In this document: positions 46,236-55,528 of the stretch, one piece after another
How the letters are laid out: the number at the start of each line of letters is the position of its first letter
How positions within the stretch are numbered: the stretch's first letter is position 1
Source: a virus
Reading direction: 5' to 3' (one strand)
Length of the DNA stretch: 64,000 bases
IMG/VR virus record: IMGVR_UViG_3300045988_094081
Coordinates: 38,033-102,032 of that record
Notes under the pieces: generated by a model
The model's input: the letters and a program-made list of their open reading frames with translations, nothing else
Told to the model about the DNA's origin: nothing
Database searches by the model: none
Made by a program: the position numbers and the translations under genes

Positions 46236-46936
46236 TGCTTTCTAATTTTGTTAAATAAATACGTTTTTATGTTTTTCAACCTCTCTTTGTCTGTTTCCGA
46301 ACTTCCGGTAAACAAATAATCCGGATTGCCTTTAGCCGGCGGCGTAGGCAATTTAGATACGGCAAACAACCAATCCATTTCCTTATTCTTCTTAGGCTCC
46401 AAATAAGGCTCGGTAGCGATCTTAAATTTTTCAGCTATTAGGTCAAAGAGCTTTGAGTTTTTAAGGTTCATATGGACTGAAAAAGCCTGAGAAGGCGGTT
46501 TCCATATGAAGTTACATAAGCTCATTGTGTAATCTCCTGACTCTGCTATATAAGATTCCGTTACTTGAAGTATGACCTCTTTCTTAAATGAAGTATTACC
46601 CATAAACCAACACAATCTGGATTCCGCTTCTTTTCTGCTGACACCTATGTCTTTTGAATATGATTCGTACATTCCTATCATAATCTTCAACGTTTCCAGA
46701 ACCTCGTCCGTCATTTCCGGTGTCTCTATATAATTCACAAAAGACGTTCCTTTGTTGGTTAATCTCATCACGCCTGATTTTAATTTCTCAACCAGGCCAA
46801 GCTCTATATATCTTCCAGCGTCTTCTTCCGGTATGGCTTCGATCATAACCGCATCCTTCTGTCTTATGGCAAGAAGATTAGCGAGATCATTAGGAGTCAT
46901 GTCTGATGCTGTAAGTTGTCTGAAATTGATGTACAT
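46223..46936 (-). CDS. Hypothetical protein (237 aa), first gene of the ACP-NfeD-flotillin coupled unit
   Basis: ORF. No PPTase or acyltransferase motifs could be confirmed. Confidence 0.5.
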   Translation of the reverse strand: MYINFRQLTASDMTPNDLANLLAIRQKDAVMIEAIPEEDAGRYIELGLVEKLKSGVMRLTNKGTSFVNYIETPEMTDEVLETLKIMIGMYESYSKDIGVSRKEAESRLCWFMGNTSFKKEVILQVTESYIAESGDYTMSLCNFIWKPPSQAFSVHMNLKNSKLFDLIAEKFKIATEPYLEPKKNKEMDWLFAVSKLPTPPAKGNPDYLFTGSSETDKERLKNIKTYLFNKIRKQWKK

Positions 46937-46938
46937 TC

Positions 46939-47145
46939 CTAATCAGCTTTAATGAAAATAACATCTCTATTATCCTCCCTCTCCGCGTGACTACACGGAC
47001 CTGCAATCACATCCACTGCCCCGCATGTAAAGTAATTGAATATACATCCTTCACATCCTGCATTTGGCGCCGTAGGTTCCACACATTTTAATCTCACAAG
47101 TCCGGCATCAAACACTTCTCCTACTTTAAATTCCTTCTTTTCCAT
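46939..47145 (-). CDS. Small Cys-rich protein (68 aa; CVEP...CEGCIF...CG...GPC)
   Basis: ORF with 6 Cys. Confidence 0.4.
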   Translation of the reverse strand: MEKKEFKVGEVFDAGLVRLKCVEPTAPNAGCEGCIFNYFTCGAVDVIAGPCSHAEREDNRDVIFIKAD

Positions 47146-47160
47146 ATTTCCTCCTTGTTT

Positions 47161-47763
47161 TTAACTGTTGTACCCTTCTTTGATAATCGAATTTCTACCG
47201 GTAGATACCGACTGTCGAAGATCGTCATGTACAGAATCTACCGTAGAATACTTGTTTCTGGTTGTAAAAATAACTTCCAGCATCTCCTTGTAATCACCTA
47301 AAGCTACTTCGTATCTCGGATCCACTTTGGCTTTTCTTTCAGCCTCGGCATTACTTTTAGCCAGCTCTCGGTCGAGAAGGTCTTCTTTGATCCGGTCAGC
47401 AATCATATCAAGTTCTTTTTTAATAACTTCTCCTGCTGCCCGAAGTTGACCTTCTACGTCACCAAGCTGGTCTTGGACGGTACCTATTTCTTTCTTTAGA
47501 CGATCGTATTCGTTAATCATACCCATATCACCTGCATAACCAGAAAAGTCTTTGATTATTCTGGTCCCTTCTTTAAGAAGCTCAATGACTCGTCTTTTGC
47601 GTTCTCTGCTTATTAAAGACGGAAGACGATAATTCATATCCGCTACTGCTTTATCATGTATGGAGTTGATTAAAAACATCTCTCTTTCATCCCCTGCGAA
47701 CTCAGTAAGAACCAAAAGGAACTTACTTATCAGGTATTCGTTTTCTTCTACGGTAAGTCTCAT
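47161..47763 (-). CDS. Hypothetical coiled-coil protein (~200 aa; start taken at Met52 of the ORF-track frame to avoid overlap with the dnaB-like gene)
   Basis: The ORF-track start at 47916 would overlap the DnaB-like CDS by 139 nt. An internal ATG at 47763 follows KKKKR. Confidence 0.45.
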   Translation of the reverse strand: MRLTVEENEYLISKFLLVLTEFAGDEREMFLINSIHDKAVADMNYRLPSLISRERKRRVIELLKEGTRIIKDFSGYAGDMGMINEYDRLKKEIGTVQDQLGDVEGQLRAAGEVIKKELDMIADRIKEDLLDRELAKSNAEAERKAKVDPRYEVALGDYKEMLEVIFTTRNKYSTVDSVHDDLRQSVSTGRNSIIKEGYNS

Positions 47764-47777
47764 ACGTTTCTTTTTTT

Positions 47778-48902
47778 TTAATATACTGACTGTTCTTCCT
47801 TTACCTCTTGCTCTTGATCTTGATTGTTCGTAACGTCTTCCACAGTATAGAGCTTGGGCGGCGTCGGCGGCTGGTTGGGGTTCACGAACTTCGTCCCTCC
47901 CTCCCCGTACATCCATCCATGCCCCGGCAGGATCTCTGGGTGGATTGTATTAGTAAGCTCTTCCATACTAACTTGCCTTACCTTCAGTATATGATGAAAC
48001 ACCAGTCCGGCTGTCCTGAATGATGTTTTGTTTTCAGTTTTAAACCGGTCAAGAGTCTGATACCAGTCTTTCCCAAATATCATATACTTGTCCAGCCCGT
48101 ATCTGCGAGGATTATGCAAACCTATCATTAACGTACATAGTTGCCCCAGCGTATCAGACTGATAAAAGTCAGAAAGACGGGGAGGCTGCTCTTGAGGGCT
48201 TTTTATCCTTCCTTCTATCTCTCTGTTGAATTGGGATATGATGAGGAAAAATATGTTTTTATATACTAATTTAGCCTCGTTCATAACCGCCACCAAATCA
48301 TCTATAGCCGACTTAGGATCTAATCCCATTCTTTTTATCAAAGCAATATGATCGACTTTAAATATTATAAGACGTTTGTCTTTGTGTTTGGTAGCTATAT
48401 GATACACAGCCGCCTCAAACTCTTTTACCGTACACGGAGCATCGATGTATATTATATTATTTCTAATTTCACCTTGAAGGATTTCAAACATCCTCATCTC
48501 TTCTACTGTATTAGAATCTTGCCTTCTTAATATTTCAGGAGCCCGTTTTTTCATATCCTGGCTCATTCTGCGAAGAAGAAGATCTTGAGGATTCATTTCG
48601 AACTCGCAATTGACAAGAAAATAATCTTCTGCTTGCGGGTTGATCATCGGATTCATCACATTTTCCAATATCTTTTGGGCCACATACGATTTACCCACAG
48701 ATGGCCGAGCTCCTATGGCAATAGCATGCTGAGGGAAAATACCTCCAAGCAAAGCCTCATCAATATAATCGTATCCGGTTTTAGCGGGGATAAGCTCTCC
48801 CCGCCTGTATTTCAAGATATTCTCATACGCCTCCTCCATAACCTGTTTAGAGGTCTTGAATATCCTTCTTATATCTATCTTATTTGCTATCTCCTCGTGC
48901 AT
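47778..48902 (-). CDS. dnaB: DnaB-like replicative helicase (RecA-fold C-terminal domain)
   Basis: Walker A GARPSVGKS; the H4-like motif IISQFNREIEGR...QEQPPRLSDFYQSDTLGQLCTLMIGLHNP (DnaB SQLNR motif region). The ORF-track start at 48911 is GTG; the ATG is at 48902. Confidence 0.75.
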   Translation of the reverse strand: MHEEIANKIDIRRIFKTSKQVMEEAYENILKYRRGELIPAKTGYDYIDEALLGGIFPQHAIAIGARPSVGKSYVAQKILENVMNPMINPQAEDYFLVNCEFEMNPQDLLLRRMSQDMKKRAPEILRRQDSNTVEEMRMFEILQGEIRNNIIYIDAPCTVKEFEAAVYHIATKHKDKRLIIFKVDHIALIKRMGLDPKSAIDDLVAVMNEAKLVYKNIFFLIISQFNREIEGRIKSPQEQPPRLSDFYQSDTLGQLCTLMIGLHNPRRYGLDKYMIFGKDWYQTLDRFKTENKTSFRTAGLVFHHILKVRQVSMEELTNTIHPEILPGHGWMYGEGGTKFVNPNQPPTPPKLYTVEDVTNNQDQEQEVKEEQSVY

Positions 48903-49158
48903 TTTTGTCACCTTTTGTATCCGATTTGGATCCCCTATTAGCTTTTACTGATTTATACCTAAGACCGTTCTTGGTATGAGAACAATCCTTGCCTTTCCTC
49001 CAGCCCTTGCCCTTCTTCTTGTCCGTTTCGTAGTTTTTACGACCAAGCTCTCGGCGTTTGGCTTTCTGTTCCGGTCTGGCATTTATCTCCTTGTCCTTTT
49101 TAGCCTTTTTCTTCCTGGCTTCGGGATGAGTCCTGTAGTACTCTGTTGATCTGCCCAT
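48880..49158 (-). CDS. Very basic Lys/Arg-rich small protein (92 aa), possibly nucleic-acid binding. It may be spurious.
   Basis: ORF; it overlaps the DnaB-like start by ~23 nt. Confidence 0.3.
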   Translation of the reverse strand: MGRSTEYYRTHPEARKKKAKKDKEINARPEQKAKRRELGRKNYETDKKKGKGWRKGKDCSHTKNGLRYKSVKANRGSKSDTKGDKNARGDSK

Positions 49159-49210
49159 GTGCTTATATTTTTTTTGATTAATAATAGCACAAAGATAGGC
49201 AATTCGCGCC

Positions 49211-49777
49211 CTATTTCAACCTACCGTAGCTCATGTCGGGATCACACCAGACATACCCGTCTTTCTCATCATGAAGATACTCAGGACATCCTCTGCATGC
49301 GCTACTGCCTGACACTATTTGGTTGTTCTTATTAGGGCACTTATCTCCAGGCTTATGCCATTCTATTCTCGAACCTGATCGCTCTTTGTTTACATGACAG
49401 AACTGAAAGATTTTCCCCATCGTCTTCTCTCCGAACATACCTATATGTGTGTACTCTTCCGGTATAGAGAGAAATTCAGATAAATCTTTATACATCCTTT
49501 CCCGTTCCTCCGGCGTAGACCATAGTCTGTCAAGTTCGGCATGGACTCTTATCTTAAGAGACCTCAGTGATGGCCCCGCAAGCCGGCCTTTAGCTTTTCC
49601 CTTATTCGGCCCTGATTCATGAACACCGACATAAGCATTGCATGGTTTACACATCATAACCATCCCTAATCCTTTTCTGTTATATATTTTATCGGCATTG
49701 ACCAGCTCGGTTTCTTTTCCGCAATAAGGACAAATTTCGCCTCTTAAAACCCGTTGTTGGCGCTCATTAAGTTCCAT
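49211..49777 (-). CDS. Zinc-ribbon protein (188 aa; CPYCG...CKPCNAYVGVH, C-terminal CRGCPEY...WC)
   Basis: Cys pairs read from the translation. Confidence 0.5.
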   Translation of the reverse strand: MELNERQQRVLRGEICPYCGKETELVNADKIYNRKGLGMVMMCKPCNAYVGVHESGPNKGKAKGRLAGPSLRSLKIRVHAELDRLWSTPEERERMYKDLSEFLSIPEEYTHIGMFGEKTMGKIFQFCHVNKERSGSRIEWHKPGDKCPNKNNQIVSGSSACRGCPEYLHDEKDGYVWCDPDMSYGRLK

Positions 49778-50019
49778 ACCCTATTCTTTTGTTTTTCTTT
49801 AAACTTTTCATACAAACTGCTTTCAGTTTCCATTTCCGAAATCTCTACCTCTACGTCCTCTCTTTTGAAAATTACTTTCTTGGCTGTCGGATATGCACAT
49901 TTAGAGATACGAATAGCATTACGAATAGCGTAAACAAAATACGTTTCTGGTGACGATTCGATCACCACTACCTCATTTAAAGTGTTTTTGTAATTTTCCA
50001 TATTATCTGCTTGCTTCAA
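49744..50019 (-). CDS. Hypothetical protein (91 aa)
   Basis: ORF. Confidence 0.4.
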   Translation of the reverse strand: MKQADNMENYKNTLNEVVVIESSPETYFVYAIRNAIRISKCAYPTAKKVIFKREDVEVEISEMETESSLYEKFKEKQKNRVWNLMSANNGF

Positions 50020-50356
50020 TTACACACCCTGGATTATCTTCACATGCCTCTTTGTATTCGATAAGAAACTTAAGAAATGAATCATAAGACCCCCATCCGT
50101 TTTCTGGTTCGTATCTCAAAAGACTCTTTCTCTTGGAGATCATAATATATATACCTTTTGTGAGTATCTTCACCATCTCCTTAGTATCTATTTCCCTGCC
50201 CAATTCTTCCGGTCTCCAAACATAATCGTATAGTGTTTCTTTGTTTTCTGATACGAATATTTTTTGTGCCATCTTGTTCATGTTGTGGGTGATGTTTGCA
50301 ACCCATTTACGATCCTCTTCTTTCTTCTTGCTCTTAATATAAACGTCCAGGCTCAT
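50003..50356 (-). CDS. Hypothetical protein (117 aa)
   Basis: ORF. Confidence 0.45.
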   Translation of the reverse strand: MSLDVYIKSKKKEEDRKWVANITHNMNKMAQKIFVSENKETLYDYVWRPEELGREIDTKEMVKILTKGIYIMISKRKSLLRYEPENGWGSYDSFLKFLIEYKEACEDNPGCVIEASR

Positions 50357-51347
50357 AATATTTCTCTTTTACTTTGTTATTAATTATCAAATCTGCCACA
50401 TCATCTCCGTCCCCTACATTCTCAACACTCTGAAGATAGTCCGATACTTTTATCCTTGACTTCATCATCATCCCATCTATCTTTTTACTCCATGTGTCAA
50501 ATGCTTGTCCTTTGTCCGGAAAAGCTACAGTCTTTCTATCTTTTAAAACATCTATCACTTCCGGTCTTAAGTTCTGCAACCCACCGGTAGCTACAAATAA
50601 CTCATCCGGTTTATTCACGGCGCATATAATAGCCGTCTTCTCTGACTCCACCAAATTAACTACCTTATCCGGATACTGGCTTAAAAGATGCTCTCCGAAC
50701 AGGCATTGTCTAAACAAGAAGTCTCTTGCATGCAACGAGTGATAAAACATGACATGAGGTCGCTCATTGTCACCGTCTTTTTCCTTCACTCTTTTTACAT
50801 CAATCTCATTCCCCTGGCTGTCGGTCTTTATATAAAAGTCCATGATCTTGCCGGTTCTACATACAAAATCTTTGTCTATCTGCCAGAATATACAACACCC
50901 TTTCCATCCCCATAAGTCCATTGTTCCGACATGATACCTCCTGAATACATCAGATACCCTTTCTTTTCCCCATAGAGACGATAAAAATCTAAATACGGTG
51001 TTTCTGTCGTCTGGAACCACAGTCCTCTCAAACTCGCTAAAAGGTATGTAATTTACAACGTCAGGATTTACAGGAGGACGATAAGCTCTTATACACTTGT
51101 TTCCCGAAATCCAAAGATCTTTGTCACCTACATCCTTACCAGTAGGTCGTTTATCGTAACCGCAAGTCCGTTCATGATCGCATCTTCCGAACTCGTTGCC
51201 AACAACCTGACCTGTTGCCACATCAATATAAGGAGTGAGGCACCGGCTTTTTCCGCAAGCCGGGCAGGTTAGCTTCAGCCGGCTCCTTCCGGGCCTGCGG
51301 TCAAGTTGAAACCGGGGTACGTTTTCGCATCTTCTGAAATCAAGCAT
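50334..51347 (-). CDS. DNA primase with an N-terminal Zn-binding domain and a C-terminal Toprim domain
   Basis: CPACGKSRC...GRCDHERTCGY zinc finger. Toprim-like LVESEKTAIICAV...DKGQAFD. Confidence 0.7.
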   Translation of the reverse strand: MLDFRRCENVPRFQLDRRPGRSRLKLTCPACGKSRCLTPYIDVATGQVVGNEFGRCDHERTCGYDKRPTGKDVGDKDLWISGNKCIRAYRPPVNPDVVNYIPFSEFERTVVPDDRNTVFRFLSSLWGKERVSDVFRRYHVGTMDLWGWKGCCIFWQIDKDFVCRTGKIMDFYIKTDSQGNEIDVKRVKEKDGDNERPHVMFYHSLHARDFLFRQCLFGEHLLSQYPDKVVNLVESEKTAIICAVNKPDELFVATGGLQNLRPEVIDVLKDRKTVAFPDKGQAFDTWSKKIDGMMMKSRIKVSDYLQSVENVGDGDDVADLIINNKVKEKYYEPGRLY

Positions 51348-51690
51348 TTTTAACTCCTCTCATTGCTTCTATGATTCTATCCGCTATAGTTATAGACCAT
51401 GACACCACATCTGGTATATATACTCCGCAATCTATTTCTCCTTTTCTATCTTGCATTTTAATGAACTCAATAGAATAAGCCTTAACAAGATCGAATCTAC
51501 GTTGTTCCCAGTCTACATCTTTGTTCTCATCATCCACAGGAAGGGTATCGAGATAATAATTTAAACTCTCATTTATCACACTTCCGTTGCTGTCATAGAA
51601 TTGTATTTGGTCATAGTCGCTTCTTATAGTTGAACCACTGAAGGTGATTACGTCTATTATCTCCCCGGTTCTTCTAATTTTTCTTTTCAT
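51340..51690 (-). CDS. Hypothetical protein (116 aa)
   Basis: ORF. Confidence 0.45.
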   Translation of the reverse strand: MKRKIRRTGEIIDVITFSGSTIRSDYDQIQFYDSNGSVINESLNYYLDTLPVDDENKDVDWEQRRFDLVKAYSIEFIKMQDRKGEIDCGVYIPDVVSWSITIADRIIEAMRGVKNA

Positions 51691-51920
51691 ACTATTCTTG
51701 TGTTTCTAACCAGTATAGGCATTGTCACATTAACAGTCTTGCCATATTTCTCGTAAGATGTGAGTATGCATATTGCATACTTATCCCCTATTTTCAAATC
51801 TTTCGATAATCTTAATCTTGAACCCCTTTTGATGTTAATAAAACAATTACCAAAAGGATTGATACATATCGGTTTTACGATTTCCACATAATCTCCTTTA
51901 GGAATAACAATATCACTCAT
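51687..51920 (-). CDS. Hypothetical protein (77 aa)
   Basis: ORF. Confidence 0.4.
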   Translation of the reverse strand: MSDIVIPKGDYVEIVKPICINPFGNCFINIKRGSRLRLSKDLKIGDKYAICILTSYEKYGKTVNVTMPILVRNTRIV

Positions 51921-53245
51921 ATTACGAATCTTTTAGACATTTCCTCAGCAATATCATATACGACAATATGATCCTCTTCATTGTACGGCTTATTGATATT
52001 CAGCACTCCTTTTCTCACTTTAAACTTCTTATCTTTTCTAAGGTGATTCAACATACCTTGTTGGAACACACAGTCCGCCTTTTCAAGTGCTACACTGTCT
52101 TCTGTCCATTCTTTCAGCGTATATCCTTTACTGCTCGTGCTTTTTGGAGAAAAGTTCATAATACGTGCATCAATGCCATACCATGCTTTAACCATTCTTC
52201 TTTCAGCTTCCAATTGGAATGCATATGATTCCCATATTCCTCCCGATTTAAAGTCAAGAATGACCACTTCTTCTTTTTCCACTTCTCTTACTTCCTTCTT
52301 CGGATCACCTTTTTTGAACTGTCCGGTAGCCCTTTGATACACGGCTCCAAAATAACCTTCTTCTTTGTATTTGAATGTCATTTTAACCATCGCATCAATA
52401 GGTGTTGCTACAAGGTAATCCTCTAAAGAAAGGATTCTTTCTATCATCATCGGTTTCACCTTGTAATCAGAACAGAATTTGGCAAACTTCATGACCCTGA
52501 CAATCATATCGTCAAGATCATCTATGCTATTAAAGAACCGATCAAGATTTTTCTTAGATATCTTCAGCTTGCCTTCTTGCACTGTCTTAACCACAAAGCT
52601 TCGATTTAAGACCATATCTCTACCTGTTAGGTACAATCCGTATAAGTAGTGCATGATCGTTCCCTTATCGGCTTCATACTGCGCTACCTCTTCTGGATTG
52701 CGACCAAGCATCTTTATCTCTTGCTTCCATTCCTGAAGTGCTGTCTTATCATCTACATACCCATCTTTGATTAAAGTTGTTACCGAAGCATATATCTTAG
52801 CCGTCCCATCATCCATCTTTCTTACATAAAAACGATTATCGTCTAATGTCAATCTTACGAATTTGGGGGTCTCAATCTTCTTTAACTCATCACAGATATA
52901 AAACGGCTCTAATGTTTCCTGATTTTCTGTAAACGGATTCGAATCTTCTTCTCCAGGGTTAGGAGCGGCTTCCTCCGCCTGAGCTTCCGGTTCCTCCTTC
53001 TGGACCGGCTCTGGCTCAGGCGCCGGCTCTTCAACTACTGGAACCTGTCCGCCTCTTTCTGCTATGTCTCTGTTCTTTATTAAAGACATAACCTCCTTCT
53101 TCAACTGCTCTGGTGTTTGGTTAGGATCTGATACTGACATCACAACGTCGTTCATTCTAAACAACGTATTTCCTTCTCCTTCCACCATAGGTACAAACCC
53201 TAAATCTATTAATATTTTAATCTTTTCTTCTATCATACCTATCAA
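51917..53245 (-). CDS. Putative recombination exonuclease (PD-(D/E)XK-like C-terminal domain) with an acidic Pro/Glu-rich linker
   Basis: VVILDFKSGG (hhhDxK motif) and QLEAERRMVKAWY (QxxxY). The linker is PAPEPEPVQKEEPEAQAEEAAPNPGEED. Confidence 0.5.
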   Translation of the reverse strand: MIGMIEEKIKILIDLGFVPMVEGEGNTLFRMNDVVMSVSDPNQTPEQLKKEVMSLIKNRDIAERGGQVPVVEEPAPEPEPVQKEEPEAQAEEAAPNPGEEDSNPFTENQETLEPFYICDELKKIETPKFVRLTLDDNRFYVRKMDDGTAKIYASVTTLIKDGYVDDKTALQEWKQEIKMLGRNPEEVAQYEADKGTIMHYLYGLYLTGRDMVLNRSFVVKTVQEGKLKISKKNLDRFFNSIDDLDDMIVRVMKFAKFCSDYKVKPMMIERILSLEDYLVATPIDAMVKMTFKYKEEGYFGAVYQRATGQFKKGDPKKEVREVEKEEVVILDFKSGGIWESYAFQLEAERRMVKAWYGIDARIMNFSPKSTSSKGYTLKEWTEDSVALEKADCVFQQGMLNHLRKDKKFKVRKGVLNINKPYNEEDHIVVYDIAEEMSKRFVI

Positions 53246-53834
53246 TTATTTCAATAATCAACCTACCTCTTTCCTTGATCATTCCTCTGCTTTCCATATC
53301 CAGTACCTTCTTTACCGCATACTTCCACACAAAAGGAAATTCTGTTTCAAGTTTATCAAATTCCATCCGGTCAAGATACATGTCTAATACCGTATGCTCC
53401 GATTCATGAAGAAAAACTATATTATCCCTGCAAGTAGCAACCGACTTATATATCCTTTTCGGAAGTATGTGACAGACGTTACATACTGTAGGAAAATGAA
53501 TAGCCTTACCGGTCATAGACATTCGAATAGTATTCAACTCTTCCAGCATAAGACGAAAAAACCCGGATAAATCCGGGCTCTCTAACTTTTTCTTCTTGCT
53601 GCTGTTTTTAATGGATGTAATTCTGTCTTTTTTCTTCGGAGTCAACTCTTTATAATATCTCGATATAAGTGATATAGTTGAAAAGGATACCGCCGTTAAA
53701 GACAACGTATATGGTAAGTTCATTAACCATCTTGGCACTTCTTCTGTATTGATCACTATCAGCAAAGTAGCACCTGCCACTACCAATAATACAATTGCTA
53801 TTGCAAGTGCTACACGGGAAACAACATCACTCAT
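53217..53834 (-). CDS. Membrane-anchored protein with an HExxH motif (FLHESEHTVLD), a possible Zn metallopeptidase
   Basis: N-terminal TM helix plus HESEH. Confidence 0.4.
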   Translation of the reverse strand: MSDVVSRVALAIAIVLLVVAGATLLIVINTEEVPRWLMNLPYTLSLTAVSFSTISLISRYYKELTPKKKDRITSIKNSSKKKKLESPDLSGFFRLMLEELNTIRMSMTGKAIHFPTVCNVCHILPKRIYKSVATCRDNIVFLHESEHTVLDMYLDRMEFDKLETEFPFVWKYAVKKVLDMESRGMIKERGRLIIEIIDRYDRRKD

Positions 53835-54297
53835 CAGTTTTCTTTTCTCCCAATTTTTCTACGCCTTTTTGCAGATCGTATTTAAACACTTCAATGATTT
53901 TCGTTTCTGCAATAGACTCGCAATTCCAGTCTCCCAACGTACCCTGCATACCTTTAGTCAACACAGCTTCGGCGTCTTTAGGATTGCCGGCCTGGACATA
54001 CATATAGCATGGCGTTTTCTTTTCCTTACCTTTCTTTTCATTCAGTGTAATGTAATTCACCTTACACTTATACCAGTACTCAGCCTCTCCGTTGAAGAAG
54101 ATTTCCGACACTTTAATAGGATTTATTTTAACAATATCGAATACTTTAAATAAATCCTTGAAAATCTCTAAAGATCTTGATTCTGCCTCTGTATAAGATA
54201 AGGCATCTACCAAATACTTTTCAGTTACTTTCTTTTTTTTGCCGTTCTCGATATTATCAATCTCGGCTTTTACCGTAATTTCAAACCAGCGATTCAT
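53827..54297 (-). CDS. Hypothetical protein (156 aa)
   Basis: ORF. Confidence 0.45.
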   Translation of the reverse strand: MNRWFEITVKAEIDNIENGKKKKVTEKYLVDALSYTEAESRSLEIFKDLFKVFDIVKINPIKVSEIFFNGEAEYWYKCKVNYITLNEKKGKEKKTPCYMYVQAGNPKDAEAVLTKGMQGTLGDWNCESIAETKIIEVFKYDLQKGVEKLGEKKTDE

Positions 54298-54308
54298 TGT
54301 ATTAATAT

Positions 54309-54563
54309 TTAATTAGTTGATTTCTTTCCTTTCTCTATACTATTTTTAAGTCTTTCAGAACACCACTGCAAAACGTCCATCATCATCATTTCATTATTAG
54401 ATAAGATGCCTTTTATAACTAACGCCAATTGATACTGTGACATTCTTAGGCTCATATCAAATCTTCTTTCCTCTTCATTTACTATCGTAGCCACGAAATA
54501 CTTACACCCCTCTAAATGCGTCAGGGCTTCAATCATAGCTTCTTTTATCTCTTTTTCTTCCAT
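54309..54563 (-). CDS. Hypothetical protein (84 aa)
   Basis: ORF. Confidence 0.4.
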   Translation of the reverse strand: MEEKEIKEAMIEALTHLEGCKYFVATIVNEEERRFDMSLRMSQYQLALVIKGILSNNEMMMMDVLQWCSERLKNSIEKGKKSTN

Positions 54564-54635
54564 TATGTTTGTTTTTTGGACAAAGATATGTCTTTTGATA
54601 ATAAAAAAGATTCAAAATGATTTAATTTAGCTTAA

Positions 54636-55304
54636 TTACTGCTCTTTTGATTCGTCCGGTATAGGCATGTCAAACTTTTTTCTGATAAACGACTCTGTTT
54701 CTTCATTGAATGGATAGGCTTCCTTAATAAAATTCATAGCTACTTCCATGTCACCGTCTGCTATATCTTTATACCTTTCAAAGATACCAACCAGGTCATT
54801 GTTGTATGAACGTTCTTGTTTTATGTTGTACACGTATTTCAATACCCTGTCTTTGATTTCATTGGCTTTTTTCACAGTATCATTGAAGGAATTTATACTT
54901 TCCAATTCTGGATCTTTGTTTTCCTTGTTTACCTTATCAAACTCTTCCTCGCTATATCCTGTTTCCCCTTTAATAGCCGGGCAAACACTTTCTTTTATGA
55001 TCCAAAACTGTTCATACGATCCTGTCAGATACCCTGATTTTATTTTAAATGCATTATATTTAACAAGCAAATTAGCCACCTCAGTTGCACCTTCTATGGT
55101 TCTAAAACCGATGCCGATATCTTTTAACATAAATACTGGAACTCCCGTTCTTGGATACACGATTTCTTTTTTGTCCTTTATATTCCAGTTTTTAGCTTCA
55201 ATTGGAATACCTTTATTAGCAAGCTCTTTGTCTATATACAGACTTATGTCTTCGTCTGTCAATGCCACAATCTCATCTCTGCTTAAATCAAAAACTGTTT
55301 TCAT
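54636..55304 (-). CDS. Hypothetical protein (222 aa)
   Basis: ORF. Confidence 0.5.
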   Translation of the reverse strand: MKTVFDLSRDEIVALTDEDISLYIDKELANKGIPIEAKNWNIKDKKEIVYPRTGVPVFMLKDIGIGFRTIEGATEVANLLVKYNAFKIKSGYLTGSYEQFWIIKESVCPAIKGETGYSEEEFDKVNKENKDPELESINSFNDTVKKANEIKDRVLKYVYNIKQERSYNNDLVGIFERYKDIADGDMEVAMNFIKEAYPFNEETESFIRKKFDMPIPDESKEQ

Positions 55305-55504
55305 TTTTCTTTATTTATTAAATTAAACAACTTACTTCTTTGTTCAGGCTCCGTATATTCTACCCATATATCGGCCGCCACATTTCTGAGAAATTCCATA
55401 AAGTCTTGATGATCCCTGTATTCAGCAGAATCAACTTTTCTCACAAAACTTAGAATTTCCTTTAACATCTTATTGTTTTCTTCGAGAAGTTCTCTGTCGG
55501 TCAT
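55301..55504 (-). CDS. Hypothetical protein (67 aa)
   Basis: ORF. Confidence 0.4.
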   Translation of the reverse strand: MTDRELLEENNKMLKEILSFVRKVDSAEYRDHQDFMEFLRNVAADIWVEYTEPEQRSKLFNLINKEK

Positions 55505-55528
55505 AACCTTTCATATTTTCTTCTTAAC

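Noticed and set aside
46223-46936. 4'-phosphopantetheinyl transferase next to the ACP-like gene
   Set aside because: The 237-aa neighbour has an RKEAESR stretch but lacks the upstream G(I/V)D motif at the proper spacing, so it is not assigned.
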